A model generated the notes under the pieces. It was given only the letters and a program-made list of their open reading frames with translations, was not told where the DNA came from and made no database searches. Shown piece by piece: positions 1 through 13,000 of a stretch of DNA of 64,000 nucleotides; position 1 is the first letter of the stretch, and every line of letters starts with the position of its first letter. The position numbers were made by a program, and so were the translations under genes. Source of the stretch: Eledone cirrhosa (taxonomy: Eukaryota); assembly GCA_964016885.1 (NCBI GenBank), contig OZ024751.1, positions 40,548,001 to 40,612,000 of the forward strand. Direction: 5' to 3'.

Positions 1-253
1 GACCTGCTGATAGAATTCACCCAAAAAGAAAAGACATTGAGGGTGAGAACAAGCTCAGCCAGACGGAAAAGAGTGGTAGTGCTGGGGTAAGGGATAGGGT
101 GTAAGTCTAAAAAATGTTGGAGAGCGCGGAGGCCGTCATATATAACAAAGAGGATGTGGTAAGATACCAGGTGGACCATAACGCACCAAAGCTCAGGTAG
201 CAGAGTTCTGAATCTTTTCATACACACACACACACACATATATATATATACGT

Positions 254-288
<35 letters not shown>

Positions 289-291
289 CAT

Positions 292-327
<36 letters not shown>

Positions 328-550
328 GATGATGATGATGATGATATATATATATATATATACATACACACACACTCACACATATATACATATATATACA
401 TATATATAGTAAAAAATTGAACGAGAACAAAACAGAGAGGCAGTACGAACAAAGGTTTATTAGTTTCACGCTCTTGAGAGTGATGTCTTCCAAAAGTAAC
501 GGTTGCATTTTGAAAGGGTACGTCAATATTTATAAAACTGGTATATATTG

Positions 551-615
551 TATTTTGTCTGATGAAAGCATACCATAATTTAACATGGTATCCTTGAAAT
601 ATGCATAATAAAATA
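551..615 (+). ncRNA. Type I minimal hammerhead ribozyme motif (Penelope/retrozyme type)
   Basis: TATTTTGT-CTGATGA-stem II (AAGCATACCAT/ATGGTATCCTT)-GAAA-TATGCA-TA-ATAAAATA. Stem I is closed by TATTTTGT/ATAAAATA. Stem III is short and palindromic. Confidence 0.75.
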
Positions 616-760
616 GATATGGTTTTATAAATATAGTTTCCATTTGTTAATATCGTATATTTACTCCAAATACTTGTCGAGTGCTTTATATCAGTTATAA
701 AAATATTTGCTTGTTGTATCCCAACAATTTAAATAGAACTTTTGCATATATATATACATG

Positions 761-803
<43 letters not shown>

Positions 804-1579
804 TACCACAGATTTCCCTATAATTTACTTAGAATAACTCTGACCTAAAAACTGAAACTAATACATTCATTTATTAAAAACAGAAATAAATACTTAATAC
901 CCCCCTCCACCCCTTCACCCCCCCTCTTCCCCACCTCCCCACACCATCCCTACCACTTCATATCAATAAATAAAAACCCATCAAAATACATAACATTCCT
1001 TTAGGATTTACCTCAAATTACCAATTCTGAAGGATTTTCACCTGGTAATAAAAATAACAGAATATATGAGTCAGTAGGGCTATCTCTATATGGTCACTTC
1101 CTCTACTAGAAATAGCAGCTAAATCTTCCCTTAAAGGACCACATTGGTTAATGTGTTAATGCTATTCTGACTTTCCTCATACATAGGATAGACATGATGG
1201 TCACATCTAGAATGTCTTTCCATCATAGTCATGCTGAATCAGAGTTTCAAATATGTGGTGGTGGTGGAGGGTGGTGGTGGTAGTTTACAGTGTACTGGGT
1301 GCATTTTATCATGACACCAGCACACAGTGTGTGAAGGTTGTATATATATATATATATATAGGAAAAGGAAAAGAGTTAATGATCCCGACAGCTGAGTTCC
1401 AGCCGTTTCTACAGCTAGAGATCCGTCGGAGTCCTGACTCTTTTCCTTTTCTATTACCCACTCTACTACTCTAAGTATTGAGTACTCTAGTGCGTTATGG
1501 TTCACTTAGTATCTTACCACATCCTCTTTGTTATATATATATATATAGATATAGATATATAATATATAGAAAAGATAAC

Positions 1580-2873
1580 TGTTTCTACTTTAGGCACAAG
1601 GCCAGCAATTACCCAGTGTATTACTGGTACTTTATTTTATCGACCCCGTAAGGATGAAAGGCTAAGTCAACCTCGGCGGGATTTGAACTCAGATCGTAAA
1701 GGGACGTAACTATGCTGGAAAGCATGGCGTCCGACCCTCTACCGATACTGCCAATCCACCGCTAACACACTCGAGAGAGAGAGAGTGTGTGTTTATCAAT
1801 GTACAGGGAAAACCACCATTGTAGGGAATCTATAAACTTTCTTAGTTTATAGATACCATACATTGGTAGTTTTCCCTGTACATTGATAAATATACACTCT
1901 CTCTCGTGTGTTATCTTTTCTCTGTATTATATTTGAAGAGCTCAGGATTCTTTTCCTTTTGAGTTCATAAATTACAGGGACTATCGTGAGTTTATGACTC
2001 TGTTAATTTATTTTGATATACAGTATCTGTCTGTGTGTGTCTGTATTATATATAGTGTTGTTACAGTGTATATACAAAGGCAGAGTACATAACTCATACT
2101 GATACCCTGTAATTAACAAGCTCAAAGTATAAATACTGAGCATTTCAATAATATATGTAATAATTGTTTCTACTTTAGGCACAAGGTCAGCAATTACCCA
2201 GTGCATTACTGGTATATGTAATAATTGTTTCTACTTTAGACACAAGGCCAGCAATTACTCAGTGCATTACTGGTATATGTAATAATTGTGATGAAAAGGA
2301 TGAAAGGCAAAGTTAACCTCGCCGGGATTTGAACTAAGAATGGCAAGGGCAGTAACTCTATGCGTCAAAGCATGGCATCCAACCCTCTACTGATACTGCC
2401 AATTAATGGTTTCTTATATAGGCACAAGGCCAGCAATTTTCGGAAAGTCGATTAAATCGACCCCAGTGCGTGACTGGTACTTTATTTTATCGACCCCGTA
2501 AGGATGAAAGGCAAAGTTAACCTCAGCGGGATTTGAAGTCAGATCATAAAGGCCGTAAGTCTATGCTGCAAAGCATGGCGTCCGACTCTCAACCGATTCT
2601 GCCAATCCACCGCCCTGGTATATGTAATAATATCCACTGGTATATGTAATAATCCACTGGTATATGTAATAATCCACTGGTATATGTAATAATTGTTTCT
2701 ACTTTAGGCACAAGGCCAGCAATTATCCAGTGCATTACTGGTACTTTATTTTATCGAACCCGTAAGGATGAAAGGCAAAGTCAACCTCGGCGGGATTTGA
2801 ACTCAGATCGTAAAGGGACGTGACTATGCTGGAAAGCATGGCATCCGACCCTCTACCGATACTGCCAATCCAC
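1580..2873 (-). mobile_element. Cluster of a second SINE family (GCCTTTCATCCTTACGGGGTCGATAAAATAAAGTACCAG core)
   Basis: Copies at about 1580-1762, 2160-2400, 2405-2612 and 2690-2873. The same family occurs at about 7110-7375, 13905-14315, 16720-16900, 35470-35640, 40975-41180 and 58460-58650. Confidence 0.75.
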
Positions 2874-3006
2874 CAATAATAAACACTGTATATATTTTAC
2901 TTTACTTTATTTTATGTATATTCCGCTTGCTTCTGATTAAATTTCTCAAACAAATGTGGTATTTCAACCCTCGTAATTTTAGACACACGATATATATATA
3001 TATATA

Positions 3007-3254
3007 TTGTTATACTTTGGGAGGGTCATGTTGCCAATAAGAAACACACGCACCAGTTGCTTTCACTTCAATTTATTATAATAAATTTATAATAAATTTA
3101 TAAATTTATAAATTTCTGGTTGGTTGTTTGGTTCCACAACCAGATAGTTGTTTATATATTTTCATAGTTCTTTCGTCACACACTCTGTGACCTCTTCAGT
3201 GACTGGGGATTCCTTTCTTTGTTTCTGTGCCTCTCCTTTGTTCTGTCCTACGCC

Positions 3255-3257
<3 letters not shown>
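3007..3257 (-). mobile_element. Solo 3'/pLTR-like copy of the Penelope-like element
   Basis: Near-identical to 4605-4857, flanked by (TA)n on both sides. Confidence 0.65.
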
Positions 3258-3302
<45 letters not shown>

Positions 3303-3942
3303 GAAAATATAGAAATTATTGTGAGCAAGAAGCCAACAGTATTTCATAATATATAAGTGACTATAACGTCAAAATGGAAAATAATTAACGTAAGATATGG
3401 GAAAATAATTCAAACTCAATTTTTAAAAAATCAAGACAGATTTTATCCACAGATTTTGTGAAATCCAGTGAAAAAACCAATAGAGTCTTAACTCAGAATA
3501 AAATAAAGCTTAAATACAAATCCTTCAATTTGGAAAAACTACAAATGCTCTATATAGTCTTAAAAAGACTATTTCACAAAACTTTTCAGTGGGAATGGTC
3601 ACGGTTGGAGCCGTTCCTCAGTAGAGCTCAAACACGATAACCCTAAAATCACTGCCAAAATATGCCAAAAAGGGAATTTAAAAGCAGGCTAGTTCACCTC
3701 GTGCGCAATTATGAAAATAAACACATATGGAGAGACATGGCTGGTGACGGCAGAATGAGACGAATGTCTGTTTACAAGAAACAGTAGTCAAAAAACATTC
3801 CAAAAAAACTCTACAAAATGTAAAGAGTTCAGCAAAATAGCAATATTATCGCGTTTTTTTTTTTAAATTGTACAGATTGTACAGTATATATATATATATA
3901 TATATATATTAAATTGTACAGATTGTACAGTATATATATATA

Positions 3943-4241
3943 GTATAAAAGAGAAAACACAGGTAAGCATTATGAGAAGGATTTTATCCAGGTATTTACG
4001 ACCATTTCATTGGTAAGTGCAACCTTATATTGCTATACTGCAAATAGCAGCCACTCAATTATAATTGTTGTTCACAGTCCAAATTTTCAAAACTATTGAA
4101 AATTTGGACTGTGAACAACAATTATAATTGAGTGGCTGGTATTTGCAGTATAGCAATATAAGGCTGCACTTACCAATGAAACGGTCGTAAATACCTGGAT
4201 AAAATCATTCTCTTAATGCTTACCTGTTTTCTCTTTTATAC
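3943..4241. repeat. Long inverted repeat (about 145-bp arms, short loop)
   Basis: AGTATAAAAGAGAAAAC...TTTTCAA-aacta-TTGAAAA...GTTTTCTCTTTTATACT with few mismatches. Confidence 0.9.
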
Positions 4242-4506
4242 TTTATACTCCAAGATTGAACGGAATTGTTACAAACTTGTGGAGTTACCCCTAACTGTAC
4301 GTTGAAATCATCCATGATACTGGCTTTCTTAACCAAGAACTGGATCACAATAAGCAATTTTTTGCTTCTCTAACTATATATATATATATATATATAACTA
4401 TATATATATATATAGTAATAATAATAAAATTGTTTCAGAAGATCCCGTTAATGGTGAAAACAGCGATTCTTTGCTTAAACTTTAATCTGTTATTTTAATA
4501 AATATA

Positions 4507-5447
<941 letters not shown>

Positions 5448-5449
5448 AT

Positions 5450-5707
5450 AGTGCCTTTGCTCACTATAAAAGCTTCACGGCACAAGCATTGCTTTATATC
5501 TGGAAATCTATCTGCACTTGTCGTCATATGGTACTAAAGGCCCAGCACTATGTGTCAATAATTGTCACAAGTGTAGTGTTTGTACCAGAGTTTTCAAGTC
5601 GCTGGCTAAACTAAAAAGTCACACTTGTTCAGCGCATCGGTAGGGGTTCTCCTTCCTACATGGATATAAAGTAGTGGCCGTACTCGAAAACGAGTTGGCA
5701 GCCACCA

Positions 5708-5710
<3 letters not shown>
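5450..5710 (+). mobile_element. RTE-like LINE 3' fragment with a C2H2 finger
   Basis: HKCSVCTRVFKSLAKLKSHTCSAHR* ends at 5643, followed by a short UTR with the hairpin ACTCGAAAACGAGT and a simple-repeat tail. Confidence 0.45.
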
Positions 5711-5764
<54 letters not shown>

Positions 5765-5863
5765 TATATATATATATATATATATAACGAAGGAAATGTG
5801 GCAAGGAACCAGGTGGACCATAACGCACCAAAGTACTCAATACTTAGGGTAGTAGAGTGGGTA

Positions 5864-5962
5864 ATAGGAACGAGTAGGACCCCGACGGCTGAGCTCAAGC
5901 CGTTTCGACGGCTAATTAGCCGTCGAAACGGCTTGAGCTCAGCCGTCGGGGTCCTACTCGTT

Positions 5963-5966
<4 letters not shown>
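5864..5966. repeat. Perfect palindrome of about 100 bp
   Basis: ATAGGAACGAGTAGGACCCC...GCTAATTAGC...GGGGTCCTACTCGTTCCTAT. It belongs to a family also seen at 143-195 and 1360-1535. Confidence 0.9.
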
Positions 5967-6061
<95 letters not shown>

Positions 6062-6099
6062 TGTACAATCTGCACATACACAACTATGTTCACAACATC

Positions 6100-6535
6100 A
6101 AATCATGGTGTTTGGATGCGGCAGGCTTCCCCTCACAGCTCGTGCAGGCGGGGGGACGGCATGACCATCTTCCCATTCTGCAGGGGTAAACAACTCATCT
6201 GGGATGTTATATGCGGCAACATTATCTCCAGCAGCAACCTGGTGCAGTTTGCGACTAATCTAGACTCTGCTGCACTTGGGGCTGAGGAGTGTAAACTCTC
6301 CAAATATTGGTTTGCGACCGAGTACGTAGCAGTGGAGACTTCTGGTGTCCTTGGCCTTAGGACCAACTCACTACTCACCACCATCGGCACGGAGTTAGCT
6401 ACCCACAGGTGTGAAACTCACGAGCTGGAATGGCTCTTCCAACTCGTCTCCCTCGCCATTCTCCGGGAAAACACCTCTGTTCTGTTCGCCCGGGGGTGCG
6501 AGGCGGCGTGGGCCTCAATTTGGTTAAAAACGTGA
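6100..6535 (+). mobile_element. CRE-clade-like non-LTR retrotransposon, restriction-like endonuclease fragment
   Basis: [16 protein letters not shown]...[19 protein letters not shown]...[13 protein letters not shown] matches the RPD..WD..AE..K..KY..AVET.G..QR.S.AI.R.N pattern of this domain. Degenerate. Confidence 0.7.
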
Positions 6536-6694
6536 GAGATGGGGAGGCAATGGGTGGAAGAGGGAGAACATAAACATTTATTTATTTGTCTAAAATGCTT
6601 GCATGGTCTCCCTTTAATCACGAACACTAATTATCTCCCTTTACAAGGAAAGATAAAAATAGTTTGAAACTCTTCAGTTAAAATTGTTCCAGTT

Positions 6695-6967
6695 ATGGCG
6701 TGTGGCGAGATGGCGGTAAATTCAGGTATTTTGTGTTTTTAAAAACTCTTTGTTATTATTTATCCTATTCTTAGTTTAATTAATTTAACGTGATGCTATA
6801 TTTATTGTTATGTTTCCATATTTTGTGTAGTTTATTATTTACATTTCTCATAATCAGTGATCACATGGCTTTTAAGGGTGTTTCATTTGACAGCACACGA
6901 TACAAATTAGACCGAAACTACCCTAATTCATTGGAAATAAATAAATATAAATAATGATCTCTCTCTC

Positions 6968-7017
<50 letters not shown>

Positions 7018-10000
7018 CACACACTATATACACGTAATGAACCATTTGTCCGAGTTTCAGAAAACCGGCTATTCTTAAAACTTGAATACAATTTTACAGT
7101 ATTTCTTTCGGTTCTTTACGTTCTGTTTAGATCACGTAGAGATCAACTTTTGCCTTTCATCCTCTCAGGGGTCGATAACATAAAGTACCAGTAAAATACT
7201 GAGGTGGGGTCGATATCAGTGACTTCCCTTTCCTAAAAATTACTGGCCATGCTCCTTAGTTAGATATTATTATTGGTTAACTTTGCCTTTCATCCTTACG
7301 GTGTTGATAAAATAAAGTACCAGTAATGTACTGGGTAATTGCTGGCCTTGTGCCAAAAGTAGAAACAATTATTATTACTATTATAAATAATTAAGAAAAC
7401 GTTATTATTATTATCATATGGTACAGGTATTCTGTATAGGTAATTTATAAGTTGTATCACTTTAAAGTACCCGCCGTGCTTCAACTTGAATAGTTATCTT
7501 CCTTCGTCGATGTTTACCCTACACTGTGGGTGTGGGGTGGCTTATATTCAAATATACACGGTAACTATTAACATCCTATAACGATTTAGCAGAAAATATC
7601 TAAAAATGGGTTTGTTAAATTAAATGTTTATAGTATCTTCAGTATTAGAGAGAAAATTGTTCTGAAAATTTGCTGTATCAGAGTAAAGTCTTTAATTTTT
7701 AACGTGATGCAGTCATAGTGCTGTTTTGTTACATTTCAACAAATGGTTTGCTAATGTGATTTCATGTGGTACAGGACATTAAGTGTTAACTTGTATCTGG
7801 AAACTCAGCAGATCTGGAGATCCGGAAATCCAGATCAGCTCTGGTCCCGAGCTTGCCAGATAAATAGTTCAGTACCTGTAATAATAGCAATCAGTTCTGT
7901 TTCTTCTTTTTTTTTCATTTTTATTTTTATTTATTGTTTGTAAATTTCCAGGTGCCAAACTGTGGACACCTTTCAAAGAACTTTACGATGTTGTTGATTC
8001 TGTGTTACTGAAGAAACAGGTTGAATCAGTCCATGATCTGGAGGTGATGTTACGCAGACATAAACCTGATTTTATGTCACTATTGAAAGCACCGGTAAGT
8101 TAGGACAGGTTTTCTCTGGATTTTTCTTCTTTGCCCACTTTTCCCACGAAGATTGTTGGAGCAGAGTCCTTAAGCACACCTTCCAGCAGGTCTTATCAGA
8201 AGCAGCTGTCTCCAATTGATCCAGCCAAGCTTATGGGATCTCTGGAGTCACCCCGTATGGAAATCTGGGGCTATAACAATAAATCACCCAGTCTATCATG
8301 TCTGTAGGTCGGTTGTGTTGGTAACACAAAAAAAAAAAGTACGTAAGTCGGTCATGCTGGTGAAACAAAAATGCACCCCCCCCCCCTCTGTAAGGTGGTT
8401 GTGTTGCAGACACAATGAAAAAGTACTCAGTCCACCTTGATAGATGGTCGTTTTGGAGACACGATAAAAAGTACCCAGTCAATACTATAATGTGGTTGGC
8501 ATTAGGGTGGTCATCCAGTCGTAGAAACAAAGGCAAAATACAGATCTGTAATGAACATGACATGGTCACCTGACGTGACTGATAATATTTACGTGATGTT
8601 TCAAAACACATCATAATGTCATTATCATTTTACGCCCGCTTTTCCCTGCTTGCACGGGTGGGACGGGTCCTATTCAGCACAGCACCTCTCCACTTGTCAC
8701 GGTAACAAATTATATTTTATATTATTTCCCAGGAAAAAAACAGTGTACAAAGGGAGATGGTGAAGAAAGCTACAAAAGAAGGTTTACCTGTCTATTCAGA
8801 ACAAAGAACTCAAATTCTTAGCCAGGACATTATTGATGAATCTTTACTTTTAAGTGATCTTTATAACATCAATGAATTTGCAGCAGTTGAGTTCATACTT
8901 TCAGGTAATGTAGACATTTCACATGAATAATATTATAAAGTTTGTTTTTATTTTATTTTTTTCAGCCATTTTCCATGCTGGCATGGGTTGGAGGCAATGT
9001 TTTGAGGTAGTGTTTTACAGCTAGGTGCACTTCCTAATGCTAACAATTAGCCTTTTACAATGCACAGTGATATATATATATATGTTAAATAAAATCATAA
9101 TTAACTTATCCTCCTGTATTTTCTTTCACCCAAAGCCAGGAACTTTTCAGCACCCCCTTGTGTATGAATGTTTCATCATTGTCATTTTTATGCCTGTTTC
9201 TTCATGGTTGCATTAATCTTTGCACTTCTGTTTTCATTCGAAATTTCTCTCATGAAATGCTGTTGTTTTCATATCTACATTTAGTAGGTTACTAAATTAG
9301 AAAGAAATTTATTGATGTTTCTTCTGTTTTAAAGGTCAGAACCAACAGCCCAATTACCCAGGACTCAGTCGAGGTCTGGTGGCTGTTCTTCTATATTATG
9401 ATGGGCGTAGGGCTCTCTGTAGTTCATTGCGGCTCCTGCTTCAAGCTCGTGAAGGACGGATGTGGACCATGGGAAATGACAACGAAATCACAGATCTTAT
9501 TACAAGATATACAGACAAACTTATTGAGAATGGACTTGTCAACAAAATACTTGGTAGGTTTAACCACCTTTTTTGGATGGGTTGGTAACAAAAGGGTTAA
9601 GAACTAAAATTAAGGAGGCAACTAGCTGTTATTAACTTTTCTGAATTGTTTCATTTTTCACCTCCATTAAGCTGATATCTTCATATTTTTATTTTACTTT
9701 GAATCACACAAAATATCTTCAAATCTGTGGTCATGGTTACCTTTACCTTTGGTAATGACTGAAAGAATACAATCACAAATTTAGGCAGCCAAAATGGGAT
9801 TCTTCTGAAGGGTCCTTGGAGTAATGTTACTTGTTAGGAGTGTGTAGCTCAGTGATCAAGGGGTCACTCCTTCCCCACATCAAAACATCACAGGTTTGAT
9901 ACTATGCACATGTGAGCAGAATGTCTATGTTAGCAAGGGTTGGACAGGTGTATATAGATCAAGTCAGTACTGAAGCAGGGCTGCTGATCTCCCAGATAGA

Positions 10001-13000
10001 CCGAGAGGCCTGTATCCTAGTTATGTATGGCCTCACATTCTACCAAGTACATAAGAGAGGAGATCATGTCTTTGACACAACTGAAGGTTCCTCCCAACCC
10101 TTTGTTTAGCAAACTTTCTATGGCTGAGTGCATTTATCCTGTAGTTCACCAACACTAGAGAGATTGCTGTAAACCCCCCCCCCCCTTTTTTTTATGGTAT
10201 ACAAAATAATTAAAATATTTGTTATTAAAGTTGATTTAATTAATTTTGTTAATATTGATCTGTTTTTGGTAGACTTGATTCAGAACATGGACCTTGATTT
10301 AGAAATTGAGAAACTGGAGAAAGACAGAGCTTTAGGCCCCCCTAAACACAGAAAACAGGTCATTATTTTATATATTTTAAATTTTATTTTCAGCATTTTA
10401 GATAGGTCAGTGTCTGAGTGTTTGTGTCTCGTTTGCATAGATACCTGTGCTGTACTGAGGGCTCAGACAGGTAGTGGGGGCCAGCATCTTGTTTACATAG
10501 ATACCTATGCTGTACTGAGGGCTCAGGCAGGTAGTGGGGGCCAGCATCTTGTTTACATAGATACCTGTGCTGTACTGAGGGCTCAGGCAGGTAGTGGGGG
10601 CCAGCATCTTGTTTACATAGATACCTATGCTGTAATGAAGGCTCAGACAGGTAGTGGGGGCCAGCATCTTGTTTACATAGATACCTATGCTGTAATGAGG
10701 GCTCAGACAGGTAGTGGGGGCCAGCATCTTGTTTACATAGATACCTGTGCTGTACTGAGGGCTCAGACAGGTAGTGGGGGCCAGCATCTTGTTTACATAG
10801 ATACCTGTGCTGTACTGAGGGCTCAGGCAGGTAGTGGGGGCCAGCATCTTGTTTACATAGATACCTGTGCTGTACTGAGGGCTCAGGCAGGTAGTGGGGG
10901 CCAGCATCTTGTTTACATAGATACCTGTGCTGTACTGAGGGCTCAGGCAGGTAGTGGGGGGCCAGCATCTTGTTTACATAGATACCTGTGCTGTACTGAG
11001 GGCTCAGGCAGGTAGTGGGGGCCAGCATCTTGTTTACATAGATACCTGTGCTGTACTGAGGGCTCAGACAGGTAGTGAGAGCCAGCATCTTGTTTACATA
11101 GATACCTGTGCTGTACTGAGGGCTCAGGCAGTCAGTGGTGGTGTACATCTTGTTAATATACATACCTACACTACTATACCAAAGGCTCAGAGCAGCTGGG
11201 GAGGGGGGGGGGGGGTCCACATCCGATATTTTCAATTTATTACATAACTCTTTATTTTTTTTGTCTTAGATTTTATTTATATTTTCCTATAATGTTTTCA
11301 TTTAATTAATATCTTCTGTTTTTTTGTTTGTTTCCTCCTCTCAGGTTATAGACTTGTTTAAAGAAATCCGACTCTGCTTAGCTGAATGTATCTTCTATTT
11401 AGCAGCACAACAACCTCTCAAGGAACATGACACTCTACAGCTTATTGCTTTCTTGAAGGAACACTGTAAATGGAATCCTAATGGGACTCTGGATTCGGTG
11501 TCTTTATTCCTTCTCATAGCTCTCTTGTACTGCTTTGATAACAGTATGTTGGAACATGAAGAAACTGAAGGTTGGTGGTTTGTTCAGTATTTCGTTAGTA
11601 TTGGTAGTGGTGATGGTAGTTGTTTGTGGAGGTGGTGGTGATGACAGTGGTGTTATTTGTGGAGGTGGTGGTGGTGATGGTAGTTTTGTTGTTTGTGGAG
11701 GTGGTGGTGATCGTAGTGAGTTGGAGATGGAGATGATAATAATAGTAGTGGTAGTGGTGAGGTTGTTTAACTCGTTTGTTACTATATTTCTAATAAATTA
11801 CACAGCTTGAGTGTTTCACTATGTTTTTTAAAACAAAGAATTTGGTGGAACTTAGTAAAATAACTGTTTTGTTATTAAGAGAGTGTTTGGAAATTAAAAG
11901 GTTCTTATATAAAATTATGATATAAATTTTAATATAAATACTTTGTATTTTTATAACAGTATTTTCCTTTGTGTGCTTTATTTTGACAATGTTGATAGAT
12001 GAGGTAGTTTTTATATATATTTTCCTTTCCAGAAATGCTCCAGAATATCTCAATGTTGACAGATGACCAATACATTCGCAGTATCCACCAAGTTATTGAG
12101 CAGCCATGGACACATCCAGAGGTCAGAGCGGTCGTTAGGTTTGGTTGGGCCATGAGCCTTCGCCAGCTCTATATTTCACAGCACTCTTGTCCTCCAGGTA
12201 TGTTTGTCACTGTTTTTGTTTTGGGCCAAGTGTTTCTTATTTCATTATCAAATAACTGAATAAAGGCAGGGAATTGGTTGAGTCGGAAGAGCGTCGGACA
12301 CAGTCACCTGAACTGACTTGTCTAACCCATTCTAGCATGGAGAAATGGATGTTAAACGGTGATGATGATACACACAGAATCATCATCATCATTATTATGT
12401 CCATTTTTGTAGAAGATATTTAAATATTTGTTGATAACTTTTGCCTTAAATTTAGTTCAGATTTCTAAATACTTTTCTTTATGATTATCTTCAAGTTAAC
12501 ATTTACTTTTATAAATCATTGTTTTTTTTTTTAGTTTCGTTTTATTTTATTTTTATGTTGTTTTGTTTCTATTGTTACCAGGTGTTAATGAGTATTGTGA
12601 GGAAGATGAAAACATTGCTGTTGCTGCTATCAGGGAAAAAGTATTTTTATTTCTCCGAACCCAAGTTATAGCTTCTCCGATTTTCTTTGAAGAGGTCAGT
12701 AGCATCATCAGTAACATCACCGTTTAACATAAATTATATATATATCATCATTAACATCACCATTTAACATAAATTATATTTGTGTATATATAAATATATA
12801 TAATATTGTTTTGTTTTATTGTAGGAATTTTTTGTCACCCGTATCCATGGACTCTTGACTGATTTTATTGTCCACATGCCACTCAAGGTAAACCTCTCTG
12901 ATTTGTCTCTTAACTTTTGTGTTGTGTATGATATTATATTCCTGCATCTATCTAGTAACTTTTAATGTTCTGGACCACATGAGACAATGAAACAGCATTG

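Noticed and set aside
193-526. ORFs rich in YI/CV repeats (also 5606-6093, 60238-60728, 62004-62189)
   Set aside because: They are translations of (TA)n and (CA)n microsatellites.
3300-3860. Unique-looking segment with a short ORF between (TA)n tracts
   Set aside because: No recognisable domain. It may be an old element fragment, but I cannot support a call.
10194-11247. Long repetitive ORFs on both strands; CRISPR-like periodicity
   Set aside because: This is a 60-bp intronic minisatellite with no unique spacers. Only 10273-10358 is a NUP205 exon.
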